DNA of 54,956 nucleotides, taken from a virus (Duplodnaviria; Caudoviricetes). The DNA lies in the IMG/VR virus record IMGVR_UViG_3300006805_000037, positions 1 to 54,956 of that record; one strand, given 5' to 3'. Every line of letters begins with the position of its first letter. Position 1 is the first letter of the stretch. A program made the translations under genes and the position numbers. The notes under the pieces were generated by a model. That model searched no databases and was not told where the DNA came from. It was given only the letters and a program-made list of their open reading frames with translations. Positions 8,270-16,895 of the stretch are shown one piece after another.

Positions 8270-9067
8270 TCAGCTTTCTGCCGGAATGAGACCGCGATAG
8301 CCGTTGATGGTGACCATTAGGTTCTTAGCGGTAGCGTCCAGCGCCGACGCAGATGTCATATAGAACACGTCACCGGCATTGAATTGAACGGCGGCAGGAA
8401 TATCGAAATTTCCGTCAGCAACGGAACCAGTGAAGCTGAGCGTGCCTATTTCGGTCGCGTTCTTGTACATCGTGAACACGCGGTCCCCGTCGCTGGCGAC
8501 CTGAAGCCGTGCCAATGAAGCGCCAGCGTCGGCCGTCATATACACGTCATCAGCGAACAGATGCGCGAACATGGTTTCTTCAGCGGGGATGCCCGCTCCC
8601 GGAGTGCCGGGCGCGAAGAAGCCGAAGGTGTACTTGTAGGTATCTTCCCCGAAGACCTTGAGGTACAGCGGATGCCCGTCGCCGTCAGTGGCGTCAGGAT
8701 CGAAGGTTGCCGCGCTGTCGTGGTCGAGGCGAACAAGGAAAAGCCCGCGCCCGATCACGCTGACAACATCCAACTCAAAGTACGGGTAGCCATCAGGTTG
8801 CCACTCGTCCCTGAAAACGAATTGGGCAGTCGGCAGCGTGAACGGGCCGAACTCAGTCCCGTCATTCATAAAAACCTTTAGCTGCGAACCGATAACTTGA
8901 AAGCTGGCAATCTCAACCGGCGTCGGCGGATTGTCCTCAATAGCCTTCACCTTGTTAGCCAGCGTGTAGAAGTTCTCGTCGACTTCCAGTGCGCTGAGTG
9001 GCGAGCCTTTGCCAATGCCCCAGCGCAGCGTGTCGGTGATGCGAAACAGAAGTCCTTCGTATGCCAT
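8270..9067 (-). CDS. Tail fibre/tip protein
   Basis: KGSPLSALEVDENF N-terminal fibre motif; position in the tail module. Confidence 0.7.
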   Translation of the reverse strand: MAYEGLLFRITDTLRWGIGKGSPLSALEVDENFYTLANKVKAIEDNPPTPVEIASFQVIGSQLKVFMNDGTEFGPFTLPTAQFVFRDEWQPDGYPYFELDVVSVIGRGLFLVRLDHDSAATFDPDATDGDGHPLYLKVFGEDTYKYTFGFFAPGTPGAGIPAEETMFAHLFADDVYMTADAGASLARLQVASDGDRVFTMYKNATEIGTLSFTGSVADGNFDIPAAVQFNAGDVFYMTSASALDATAKNLMVTINGYRGLIPAES

Positions 9068-9095
9068 GGTTCAGTCCCTTCAGTGAATTTCAGAA

Positions 9096-9476
9096 CTACC
9101 CTTTGCGTATGGTGCCACGCTTGATGATTTCAGTATTGTCACCAGCTTCAGGCTGCTGAAAGCGCAAAGTAGTTCTGGACTTGTCAATCGTGTTGCGCGC
9201 TTGGTACGCCGTCATAACCTCAATATCGACATAGCTGTCAGGGTCATCCTTGGACTTGACGCGCACCGTATCGAATGTGCGCTGCGTTTCTTCCTCGTCG
9301 CCCGGTTTGATTTCAGACTTGCTGTTGGCCTGAAGCTGGAAGATGTCATTTCCTGACGTCCCCCACACTATCTCATTCGGGTCTGGGACCACCGGGACGC
9401 CATGGCCGTACGTCACGTACGCGGGACGAATTTCTGTGGTCTCAGATGGCCTGACTATTTGCTCAAGGCTAGGCAC
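9096..9476 (-). CDS. Minor tail protein
   Basis: Position in the tail-tip gene block. Confidence 0.6.
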   Translation of the reverse strand: MPSLEQIVRPSETTEIRPAYVTYGHGVPVVPDPNEIVWGTSGNDIFQLQANSKSEIKPGDEEETQRTFDTVRVKSKDDPDSYVDIEVMTAYQARNTIDKSRTTLRFQQPEAGDNTEIIKRGTIRKG

Positions 9477-11334
9477 TGGCGGCCTCCAAGTCTATCTGTT
9501 TGGGAACGATCAAGTCTGAAACAATCACTTCCTTGGTTGCAGCAAACGGGCCGCCTTCCATTGGCAGAAGCTTAAGATGCACTCTGGTCGGAATGTTCTG
9601 AATTACGGACTGAACCGCTGCCGCGTCCACAGGCTCCCTGTTAGCCAACGCTGCGCGCTGTACGTTAGGCCCGTTCTCGACGTACAGGGACTTGATGACC
9701 ACAGAGGGGAATAGCCCGCGCTCAAAATCAACTCCGTCGTCGAAATAAGCGATAGCTGGCGGCGTGTAGGTCACGTCCTCAGTCCCCATGAGGACGATTT
9801 CATTCTCGTATTCCTGATAGTCGCTGCCCACATAGTCATCTGAGCAATAGATAGGCTCACCGGGGCTGGCGGCGTACGAGCCGCCATACCCAACACACGA
9901 TGCCATCCTGAGCGTGGCAATTGCAGCGCCGCTGTCGCCGTCAACAGTCAGGCTGTACCCGACGCATTTGCCAACAGCTTCGCCACCGGGAATGCGCGGG
10001 TCGTTTATCTTCAAGCCCTTGCGCAGGGATACCTGAGCGCCAGAGAGAAAGTCGGTTTGAAACGAAGTGACAACCGTTCTGGACCTAGCCGCCAAATTGG
10101 CCCTGCCCAGCATTATAAGATGCTCTATAGACTGACGCCCTCTATCTGTATCCAAATACGACCGCTTCAAAGTGTTGCCCAGCGGTATGTCACCATTTGC
10201 ATCTAGGTTGGTCACTTCGTTGGCGTTCAGCTTGAGTATGATGGCTTCGTCGTCTCCGGGCGCAGTGATAATGGCCTGCTGGTCGGTCTTCAGGTTGATG
10301 ACGCACGTTTCAACAAACTTGACGTTGCGTGTGTATGTCACAACCACTTTCGGCACGCCCCAGCCTATTGGCGCAAAAACCATCTGAACCGTAATGTCAA
10401 AGCCAGCACCGTCTATGCCGCCCCAAGTTTTTGAGCCGGGCAAAACCCGCTGAGGATACGCGATTGACCCGGATGGCAGCGCCGGAATGTTGGTCTGATC
10501 GTAGTAGTACGGAATTGTTATCTCACGCTGGCCCGTAAAGCTTACGTCCTTCAGTTCTCCATGCTTCATAACCCAGCCGGAACCCATGCGAGCGCCCTGC
10601 TGCGGCCACGAACTCAGAAGTCCCTTGAAGGTGAAGCTTGAAATCTGACGAAGATTGTAGGCGAAGGACTCCGGCCAAACCATGCAGAACTGAATGGATA
10701 GGTCAACGTCTCCGGTTGCTGACTGCGTCCAAGGAATTTGCGCGACAATCTGAATTGACCGCGCCGGAACTTGGTTCAGCGTGATGCTCATGCTGTCATA
10801 GAAGAAGGCGTTTTCAGCGAACTCAACGACTCCGTCTTCGGCCGTGATAATATCCGAGACCGTAACCAGATGCGTGACCGGGTCGATATGCCATAACTGA
10901 GTCCGCGCTTCCAGAACCGCGTCGGGGTCGTCCCAGCGCTCTGGCGTAATAAACACGTCATCCCAGAAAGGCGCGACCTTCAGGCTTTCTGCTAGCGCCG
11001 TTTTCTGCGCGACGAAGTCGGCCGGGCGGGCCGTGAAAGTAACAGTAACCAGCGTATCAAACACGTTAGATGGAATGCCTAAAAGCCGACCGTAAAACAG
11101 CGGAACAGCAGCAGCATCATCAACGCTCATGCTGAACCATGCCCAAATCTTTCGATCTGGGTTCAAGAAGCCGATACGAGGGTTCTTGATGACCGCTTCC
11201 AGAGACGCAAAGTCGCCTTCGGACTGGCTAAAGTTGAACGAAAAGATGTTCTCGTCCTGAACGTTGTGGACGTCAGGGTCGAACGCCGTTCCCGCGTCAA
11301 CCCATGCGAAATAGAAAACAACCTTAGGCATCAA
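9469..11334 (-). CDS. Tail tip hub/baseplate protein
   Basis: 621 aa, second gene after the tape measure, beta-rich. Confidence 0.7.
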   Translation of the reverse strand: MMPKVVFYFAWVDAGTAFDPDVHNVQDENIFSFNFSQSEGDFASLEAVIKNPRIGFLNPDRKIWAWFSMSVDDAAAVPLFYGRLLGIPSNVFDTLVTVTFTARPADFVAQKTALAESLKVAPFWDDVFITPERWDDPDAVLEARTQLWHIDPVTHLVTVSDIITAEDGVVEFAENAFFYDSMSITLNQVPARSIQIVAQIPWTQSATGDVDLSIQFCMVWPESFAYNLRQISSFTFKGLLSSWPQQGARMGSGWVMKHGELKDVSFTGQREITIPYYYDQTNIPALPSGSIAYPQRVLPGSKTWGGIDGAGFDITVQMVFAPIGWGVPKVVVTYTRNVKFVETCVINLKTDQQAIITAPGDDEAIILKLNANEVTNLDANGDIPLGNTLKRSYLDTDRGRQSIEHLIMLGRANLAARSRTVVTSFQTDFLSGAQVSLRKGLKINDPRIPGGEAVGKCVGYSLTVDGDSGAAIATLRMASCVGYGGSYAASPGEPIYCSDDYVGSDYQEYENEIVLMGTEDVTYTPPAIAYFDDGVDFERGLFPSVVIKSLYVENGPNVQRAALANREPVDAAAVQSVIQNIPTRVHLKLLPMEGGPFAATKEVIVSDLIVPKQIDLEAASA

Positions 11335-11759
11335 ATTTCCTCAAGGTTCAGCGTGAAGCCGACTTTCGCGCCCCACTCGTCGGTGTTTACTTGGTACCCG
11401 ACCACTTTCATGACCAGCGATGGCCGATAAAAAGTATAGTCACCTTCAACGCGCGAAGACCCGGCAACGACCGCGCGCTCGGGAGAACCGCCAGAAGTCT
11501 TGTAGCAGAGTTCCTGAATGCATCCGACCGTGATCGTATCGCCGGGCCAAAGCCCATCCACGGCAGGAACGTTCTGGTCCGTGGCCGTGATAGAACTTTT
11601 GTACTTTTTGAAACCGTCGAAGCTGATGTCTTTTAGCTCACCGTTGACGGTTCTGCGCATGCTGAGCGCAGAGTCGATTGGCTCAAGCGTCTGACTGGCC
11701 CCGCGCGTTGAGTACGGCGGGACCCCGATGCCAGAAAGAGTTAGAACTGTATCAGCCAT
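11331..11759 (-). CDS. Distal tail (Dit-like) protein
   Basis: Immediately follows the tape measure; RRTVNG motif; ends in LNLEEI. Confidence 0.7.
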   Translation of the reverse strand: MADTVLTLSGIGVPPYSTRGASQTLEPIDSALSMRRTVNGELKDISFDGFKKYKSSITATDQNVPAVDGLWPGDTITVGCIQELCYKTSGGSPERAVVAGSSRVEGDYTFYRPSLVMKVVGYQVNTDEWGAKVGFTLNLEEI

Positions 11760-13809
11760 TGCGTCCCCCAACCCATCCCGGCTTGCGGCCAGCACTCAGC
11801 GCGCCGCGTGAAATTGCGAATTGCGTCATACGGTCGGCAACGTCATCAGGGGCTATGAGGCCTCGGAATGTGTTGCCGTCGATGTGCAGGTCGAACGACT
11901 TGGTCCCGGCGGTAGGCGCTTGCGCCGTGCTGACAGGGCCGCCGCTGGCGTAGGCAAAGCGAGGCGCTTGTGGCATCGTCACCAGCCCGCCCATGTTGAA
12001 CCCGCGACCTATTATGGCGCTCAAATCCAGCTTGCCGCTGTTCAGCGCATTCAGAAGCCCAAGGCCGTACTTCGCAACGGACTTCGCCTTTATCACGTAC
12101 TCACCATCGGATAGCCAAGCGCGGATGCTGTCAGACGTCGATGTGCCAGCACCACGAATGTACCCGCCGCCAGCCGCGCGCACAGAGCTATCGCTACCGG
12201 CCGCGCTGCTGGTTTCGTTTATCAGCTTCTTGACTGAGTTCAGCGCGTCAATGATCGGCTTGATGTACCTCATGATAGAAGCGGACCAGCTAGTAAACAG
12301 GTTCACAACGAAATTGAGCGCTGTATTGAACGCCTCTTGGATGGTGTTTCCGATGGACGAAAATACGCTTTGAACCTGACCGACCAACGTGCCGAAGAAC
12401 GTAACGACTTCAGACCACTTCTGAAGAACGTAGGAAACCACGGAGTCCCACAACGCCGCCGAACTGGTCATAATTTCCGCCCAGACAACCGCAAGATTGT
12501 CAGGGAACGTAGTGAAGAAGCTGAGAATAGCGGTACCAGCCGTGATGGCCCTCTGAGAAAACGCGGTCCAGTCTATAGATAGCGCGAGCGCGACCAGCGC
12601 AGCAGCTAGCAGTCCTATGGCGATGCCTAGCGGACCTATTGCTGCATTCAGGGCAATGAACGCGACGGTCGCCAGCCTGATAATTGTAATCATTGTGGTG
12701 AGCGAAGAACTCAGGGCGGCAACAGACGCTATAACAAGAAGGAAGGCCCCCGTCACATTGGTCCCGAAGATTGCGTTCAATGCGGTTGCAACCGTGTTCA
12801 AGAAAGTCATAAGCCCTTGGAAGGCCGGTATCACGGCTCCGCGTATGATGGCGACAACAGCCTGCGCGCCTTGCAGAATGCCTTGAGCAAACTGCTGAAG
12901 CTGCGGGCCATTGGCCTCAAGGAAGCTGGATAGAGACGCAGCGGCATCATCAATGAACTTTGCTATCGCCGCGCTGTTCTTTTCCAGAAGCGCAGAAAGC
13001 TTGTCCAGCAGCTTGGCAAGTACCGGACCAAAAGCATCGCGGGCCTTGTTCGCTACCGTGTCATAAGCGCCGCCTAGCGTAATGAGCGACTTCGTAAGTT
13101 CGACGCCGTAGGTGTTGTTTAGCTGAGCAAGAATGTTGCGGTCTGCGGCTTGCTTCTCAAGCCTCTGGTTTGCGGCTAGCGCATCGTCCTGCGCCTGTTG
13201 GACTTGCTGCTGAACATTCACGCTATCGCGGTAGCTATCATTCAATTCTTGAAGTGCTGCGCCGTAGTCGGCATAGCTGGTTTTGCCCTGAGCAACCGAC
13301 CTGTTTAGCTGGTTAAGCTGGCTCTGGTACTGTGCCGCCCCGGCAACCGACTGCGCGTTCTGCTGGTTATTCTTCTTCTGGGACTGAAGCCAGTTGTTAT
13401 TGGCATCAATAGCATCGTTGACGCCGCGCACTTGCGACGTTACTGCTGATGCAAACTTAGCCACGCCAGCAACAGCGCCAGCGCCAGCGGTGGCAACGCC
13501 AACAATGGATGTAGCGAAAGCAGCTATACCGGCCGCTCCGGTCTTAACGACCCCGGCAAGCGACCCCACTACGGTCGTCAGAGTCGCAAAGTTCTTGGGG
13601 GAAATTGCTAGTTGGTTGTTCAGCGATTGCAGCCCGCTAGCCATAGACCCGGTTGCTTTTTCAACCGTACCAGCCGACTTCGACGCAGCCGAAGCTACCT
13701 TATCGAATGCCGCAGCGCCATCGTCACCGAACTTCCTGATTTCGTCAGCGGAAGACGACGCGCCGGTCACTTTTATTTCGGAAACTAGGTCCTTGTCGTC
13801 GTTAGCCAT
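11752..13809 (-). CDS. Tape measure protein
   Basis: 685 aa, Ala-rich and helical with hydrophobic stretches; C-terminal GGYIRGAGTSTSDSIRAWLSDGEYVI motif. Confidence 0.9.
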   Translation of the reverse strand: MANDDKDLVSEIKVTGASSSADEIRKFGDDGAAAFDKVASAASKSAGTVEKATGSMASGLQSLNNQLAISPKNFATLTTVVGSLAGVVKTGAAGIAAFATSIVGVATAGAGAVAGVAKFASAVTSQVRGVNDAIDANNNWLQSQKKNNQQNAQSVAGAAQYQSQLNQLNRSVAQGKTSYADYGAALQELNDSYRDSVNVQQQVQQAQDDALAANQRLEKQAADRNILAQLNNTYGVELTKSLITLGGAYDTVANKARDAFGPVLAKLLDKLSALLEKNSAAIAKFIDDAAASLSSFLEANGPQLQQFAQGILQGAQAVVAIIRGAVIPAFQGLMTFLNTVATALNAIFGTNVTGAFLLVIASVAALSSSLTTMITIIRLATVAFIALNAAIGPLGIAIGLLAAALVALALSIDWTAFSQRAITAGTAILSFFTTFPDNLAVVWAEIMTSSAALWDSVVSYVLQKWSEVVTFFGTLVGQVQSVFSSIGNTIQEAFNTALNFVVNLFTSWSASIMRYIKPIIDALNSVKKLINETSSAAGSDSSVRAAGGGYIRGAGTSTSDSIRAWLSDGEYVIKAKSVAKYGLGLLNALNSGKLDLSAIIGRGFNMGGLVTMPQAPRFAYASGGPVSTAQAPTAGTKSFDLHIDGNTFRGLIAPDDVADRMTQFAISRGALSAGRKPGWVGGRNG

Positions 13810-14350
13810 TGGCCATCGCTTTCCTGAAGAAGGTTCCCATTTTTCGCGAAACCTCAGCAGCTATCTGCCTAAGGTGGAACTTTTTCGGTATCGTCACTTG
13901 CTCTTTACCAAAATACTTAGGCCCGTCATCGCTAAATAGAAGCGGTGCCTTGCCTTGCCGATCAACTCGAAACAAAGGGCTTGGATAGTCCCTCGCCATC
14001 ACACCCTTAGCATCAGCGGCAAATTCCAACGGTATCCACAGCAGTGGCTTGCCCCTGATTACACGACCCTCTTCGAACACAACCCAATAAGGGACCGAAT
14101 GCGTCAAGCGGATGGTTATGTCAGAACGGCTCTGAAACGAAGTACGCGCCTGAAGCCCTTGCTGCCACCGATCAGAACGGAAGTTACCGGCTCTTGCGAT
14201 GTCAGCACGGCCGCGCGTGAGCAATTCGTTTGCTGCGTCACGCGCGGCTTGCTGCGCCGCCTTAATCTGACGTTCGCTAAAACGTCCGACCCGGTTCTTA
14301 AGCTTGCGCCCAAGTTGGTCCCCGTCTTGATATACGATGCGAAGAACCAT
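13802..14350 (-). CDS. Tail completion/neck (HK97 gp10-like) protein
   Basis: Basic protein with VPYWVVFEEGRVI and PKKFHL motifs. Confidence 0.6.
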   Translation of the reverse strand: MVLRIVYQDGDQLGRKLKNRVGRFSERQIKAAQQAARDAANELLTRGRADIARAGNFRSDRWQQGLQARTSFQSRSDITIRLTHSVPYWVVFEEGRVIRGKPLLWIPLEFAADAKGVMARDYPSPLFRVDRQGKAPLLFSDDGPKYFGKEQVTIPKKFHLRQIAAEVSRKMGTFFRKAMANG

Positions 14351-14355
14351 CGTTG

Positions 14356-14589
14356 TTACTCAGAGTTTTTGTGCATCTTATCCACAAGGGCTTTGTAGTC
14401 CTTGCGGTCAAGTCCGTAGGCCGAACGAAACAAATGCATCAGTTCTAGATTTCTGCCGATGCGTTCCCGGTCGATAAGGGCACCCCATCCTGCAAGCTGT
14501 CTGGGGGTGTACCGCCAGACTTCTGCTGGTCTGTGCCCGGCACTGATGCATTTTTGGACGGCGCGGGCGAGTTCGTATCCTGAGCCCAT
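14356..14589 (-). CDS. Tail assembly chaperone downstream (T-like) frame
   Basis: GHRPAEVWRYTPRQL lies in the -1 frame overlapping the chaperone 3' end. Confidence 0.6.
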   Translation of the reverse strand: MGSGYELARAVQKCISAGHRPAEVWRYTPRQLAGWGALIDRERIGRNLELMHLFRSAYGLDRKDYKALVDKMHKNSE

Positions 14590-14975
14590 CCACGGCCGCC
14601 TTTGGCTTGGTCGATGAGCCTTACCAAGCTGTTCATGAAAGACCGCACACCACGCGGGAATGTCATGTCGGCAATGGCTTCGAGAATTTCCATTTGCTCG
14701 CCAACAGCTAGCGATTGCGCGGAAGCAATGGAAGCTGCGTTGTCGGACTCTCCGCAGCCACAAGCAATGATACTGCCAATGGCCGCCGGTATTCCTTCAA
14801 CGATGGCCAGCGCGACGTCCCCGTTGACGGCGCGCTGGGAAATGACTTGCTTCAAAGCTGGAAACTGCTCAAGCAATCCGAATATGTCATGAACATTGAC
14901 GCCGCGAACGGTAAGCTGCACCCCGCGAATTGGAACAGTCTTACTGAGCGGTCCGATATCTGCTAGGCTAGGCAT
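14445..14975 (-). CDS. Tail assembly chaperone
   Basis: Directly follows the major tail gene and has an overlapping -1 frame partner. Confidence 0.75.
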   Translation of the reverse strand: MPSLADIGPLSKTVPIRGVQLTVRGVNVHDIFGLLEQFPALKQVISQRAVNGDVALAIVEGIPAAIGSIIACGCGESDNAASIASAQSLAVGEQMEILEAIADMTFPRGVRSFMNSLVRLIDQAKGGRGWAQDTNSPAPSKNASVPGTDQQKSGGTPPDSLQDGVPLSTGNASAEI

Positions 14976-15023
14976 AGTGATGCTTCCTTATTGGTTGGGG
15001 GGTTTAATGGTAACGACCCCTTG

Positions 15024-15581
15024 TCAGGAGTCGTCGCTCAGATTGGTCCACTTCATGAGGCCGAACTTGCCCGCGAGTTCGGGCGGGTCGATGTCAGCAG
15101 GGGCAACCAGAACGTCGCCTGTGATTTCGACTTCGTTCCACTCTTCAGAGATGAGACCGAACTCACCATTCGGCAGGAACGACACGTTATACAGGTCGAC
15201 CGTGATTTTAGGGCCGACTTCGTTGGTGCCTTCAAACTGAAGCCATCCCTCAACGGCGTTTTCGCTGAACAACTCCATTTCAGCGCCACCGGCCGCAGCT
15301 TCGTCGACCGTGCCGAGTAAGGCCATGGCGACGTTCTGCGGTGTGATTTCGTCGAAGGTCAGCACGACCGTGCATTTCTTCTCGATGATCACGACCTTGT
15401 CCTTCTTCTTCGTGCCTTCGCGCGAAGAGAAGTGCTCAAGTGTGGTCATATCCGGCGTTACGGTCAGCGCCGAAACGTTGCCCATATCGCGGAAGGTCAG
15501 TGAGCCTTTGCGCTTGAAGCGAACGATGCCCTTGCCGACTTGGTAGTTATCAGTGTTGGGGGACTGTAGAGTGGGTGCCAT
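15024..15581 (-). CDS. Major tail tube protein
   Basis: NYQVGKG...RDMGNV...LEHFSSREG motif and position after the tail terminator. Confidence 0.85.
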   Translation of the reverse strand: MAPTLQSPNTDNYQVGKGIVRFKRKGSLTFRDMGNVSALTVTPDMTTLEHFSSREGTKKKDKVVIIEKKCTVVLTFDEITPQNVAMALLGTVDEAAAGGAEMELFSENAVEGWLQFEGTNEVGPKITVDLYNVSFLPNGEFGLISEEWNEVEITGDVLVAPADIDPPELAGKFGLMKWTNLSDDS

Positions 15582-15603
15582 AACTCAGGTTCCTTTCTGG
15601 TGG

Positions 15604-16074
15604 TCAATTGTTCGGGTCGAAAACGTAACTGAATGAGAAGTCAAGCCTCATTTCGCCTGCTAGCGCGCTACCCGATTTCAGGTCCGTAACGCACCCCGTA
15701 TATTGCATCTTTCCGTTAGGCCCTAAGATACTGAGCAAGGCCGTGTCCGTTGCAATCTTCTTCACTATCTCCATTCGAAACGCGCTGAGCAGTGTTCCCA
15801 CGTTTACAGCGGAGTCGTTCTGGTTTTTCGGCCGGTACTCTTTTAGCAACAGGTATATTTCCGGCTTGGCCGTATTTATGGTTTTGCTCATGCCCGGCTG
15901 GTTTGAACGCGGCGGCGTCATGAGGGCGACGGTCTCGTCGCCATCTAGAATGACAATCGCAGGCCGCTCGGAGTCTGGTACGCCGCCCTTGTTGCGTTTG
16001 ACCGTAACCACGCCAGTTACGGTCGCCGCAATGGCCGCAAGCCTGACTAGCAGTTCTTCGCGCTTGTCAGCCAT
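15604..16074 (-). CDS. Tail terminator protein
   Basis: REELL...RPAIVILDGDE; immediately upstream of the tail tube gene. Confidence 0.7.
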   Translation of the reverse strand: MADKREELLVRLAAIAATVTGVVTVKRNKGGVPDSERPAIVILDGDETVALMTPPRSNQPGMSKTINTAKPEIYLLLKEYRPKNQNDSAVNVGTLLSAFRMEIVKKIATDTALLSILGPNGKMQYTGCVTDLKSGSALAGEMRLDFSFSYVFDPNN

Positions 16075-16076
16075 CG

Positions 16077-16895
16077 CTATACCCTCTCCAATGTGATGCT
16101 CAAGTCTGAGAACTTTACGGCCAAAGTCACTGTGTATGCTGGCAGCGGAGCGCCGCCTATCTGGTCATTGGCGCTTGCCACTGGCGTGTAGTTAAAGTCC
16201 GGCGCGCCGTTATGGCTGGGGAAATCCCGATGCCCTTTGTAGGTGTTGGAAAAAGCCATCCATTCAATTCGATCCGGTTCAGGGGTCCCCGGCACCGTTT
16301 CAGTTTCAACATGATGTGATACACCGGCATTCAGGAAGGCAGCACGGGCTTCCGCTTCTGCCAGCGTTCCCCATACGGAGTCGTAAGAAAAACTGGCCGC
16401 GTGGTCATCTGGCGGCACGCCGGGAAATGGCTCACCGAAATTGTACCAGACCCAATATGACGTGATCGGCATGCCGGGGTGGTCACTTCCGGTCGCTGGC
16501 GTGCTTATCTCGATAATAGCTTGAGTGGCGTTCGGCCCAAGCGCGCTCTTGATTTTTCTCAGGTTGAAGAACAGCAGCGCATCGCTGGTCATGCCCGGCC
16601 TATCGCCGCCAGTGACTACAGCCTCGTGCGGCGAGCCTAAGGCGCTCCAATAGTACAACCTTTCAAGCATCGCGTTTGATATTGGGTTCACAACCGTGGC
16701 AGAGCCTATCTCAGCATCAAACTCTTTAACCACAGAGTACGGGTTAGATGGACCGACGTCCAAACCTTGCACACGCACCGAATAGGACCGCTGCGTATTG
16801 TCGTTGTGGTACGCGTTCAGCCACAGCGCAAGAAGCTTGGTGCCTCCTAGCGCGTACTTGATTGGGTTCTGGAATGGTCCGATAGGAACGGCCAT
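16077..16895 (-). CDS. Hypothetical virion-associated protein
   Basis: TAATG coupling to the fibre gene; located in the structural operon. Confidence 0.6.
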   Translation of the reverse strand: MAVPIGPFQNPIKYALGGTKLLALWLNAYHNDNTQRSYSVRVQGLDVGPSNPYSVVKEFDAEIGSATVVNPISNAMLERLYYWSALGSPHEAVVTGGDRPGMTSDALLFFNLRKIKSALGPNATQAIIEISTPATGSDHPGMPITSYWVWYNFGEPFPGVPPDDHAASFSYDSVWGTLAEAEARAAFLNAGVSHHVETETVPGTPEPDRIEWMAFSNTYKGHRDFPSHNGAPDFNYTPVASANDQIGGAPLPAYTVTLAVKFSDLSITLERV

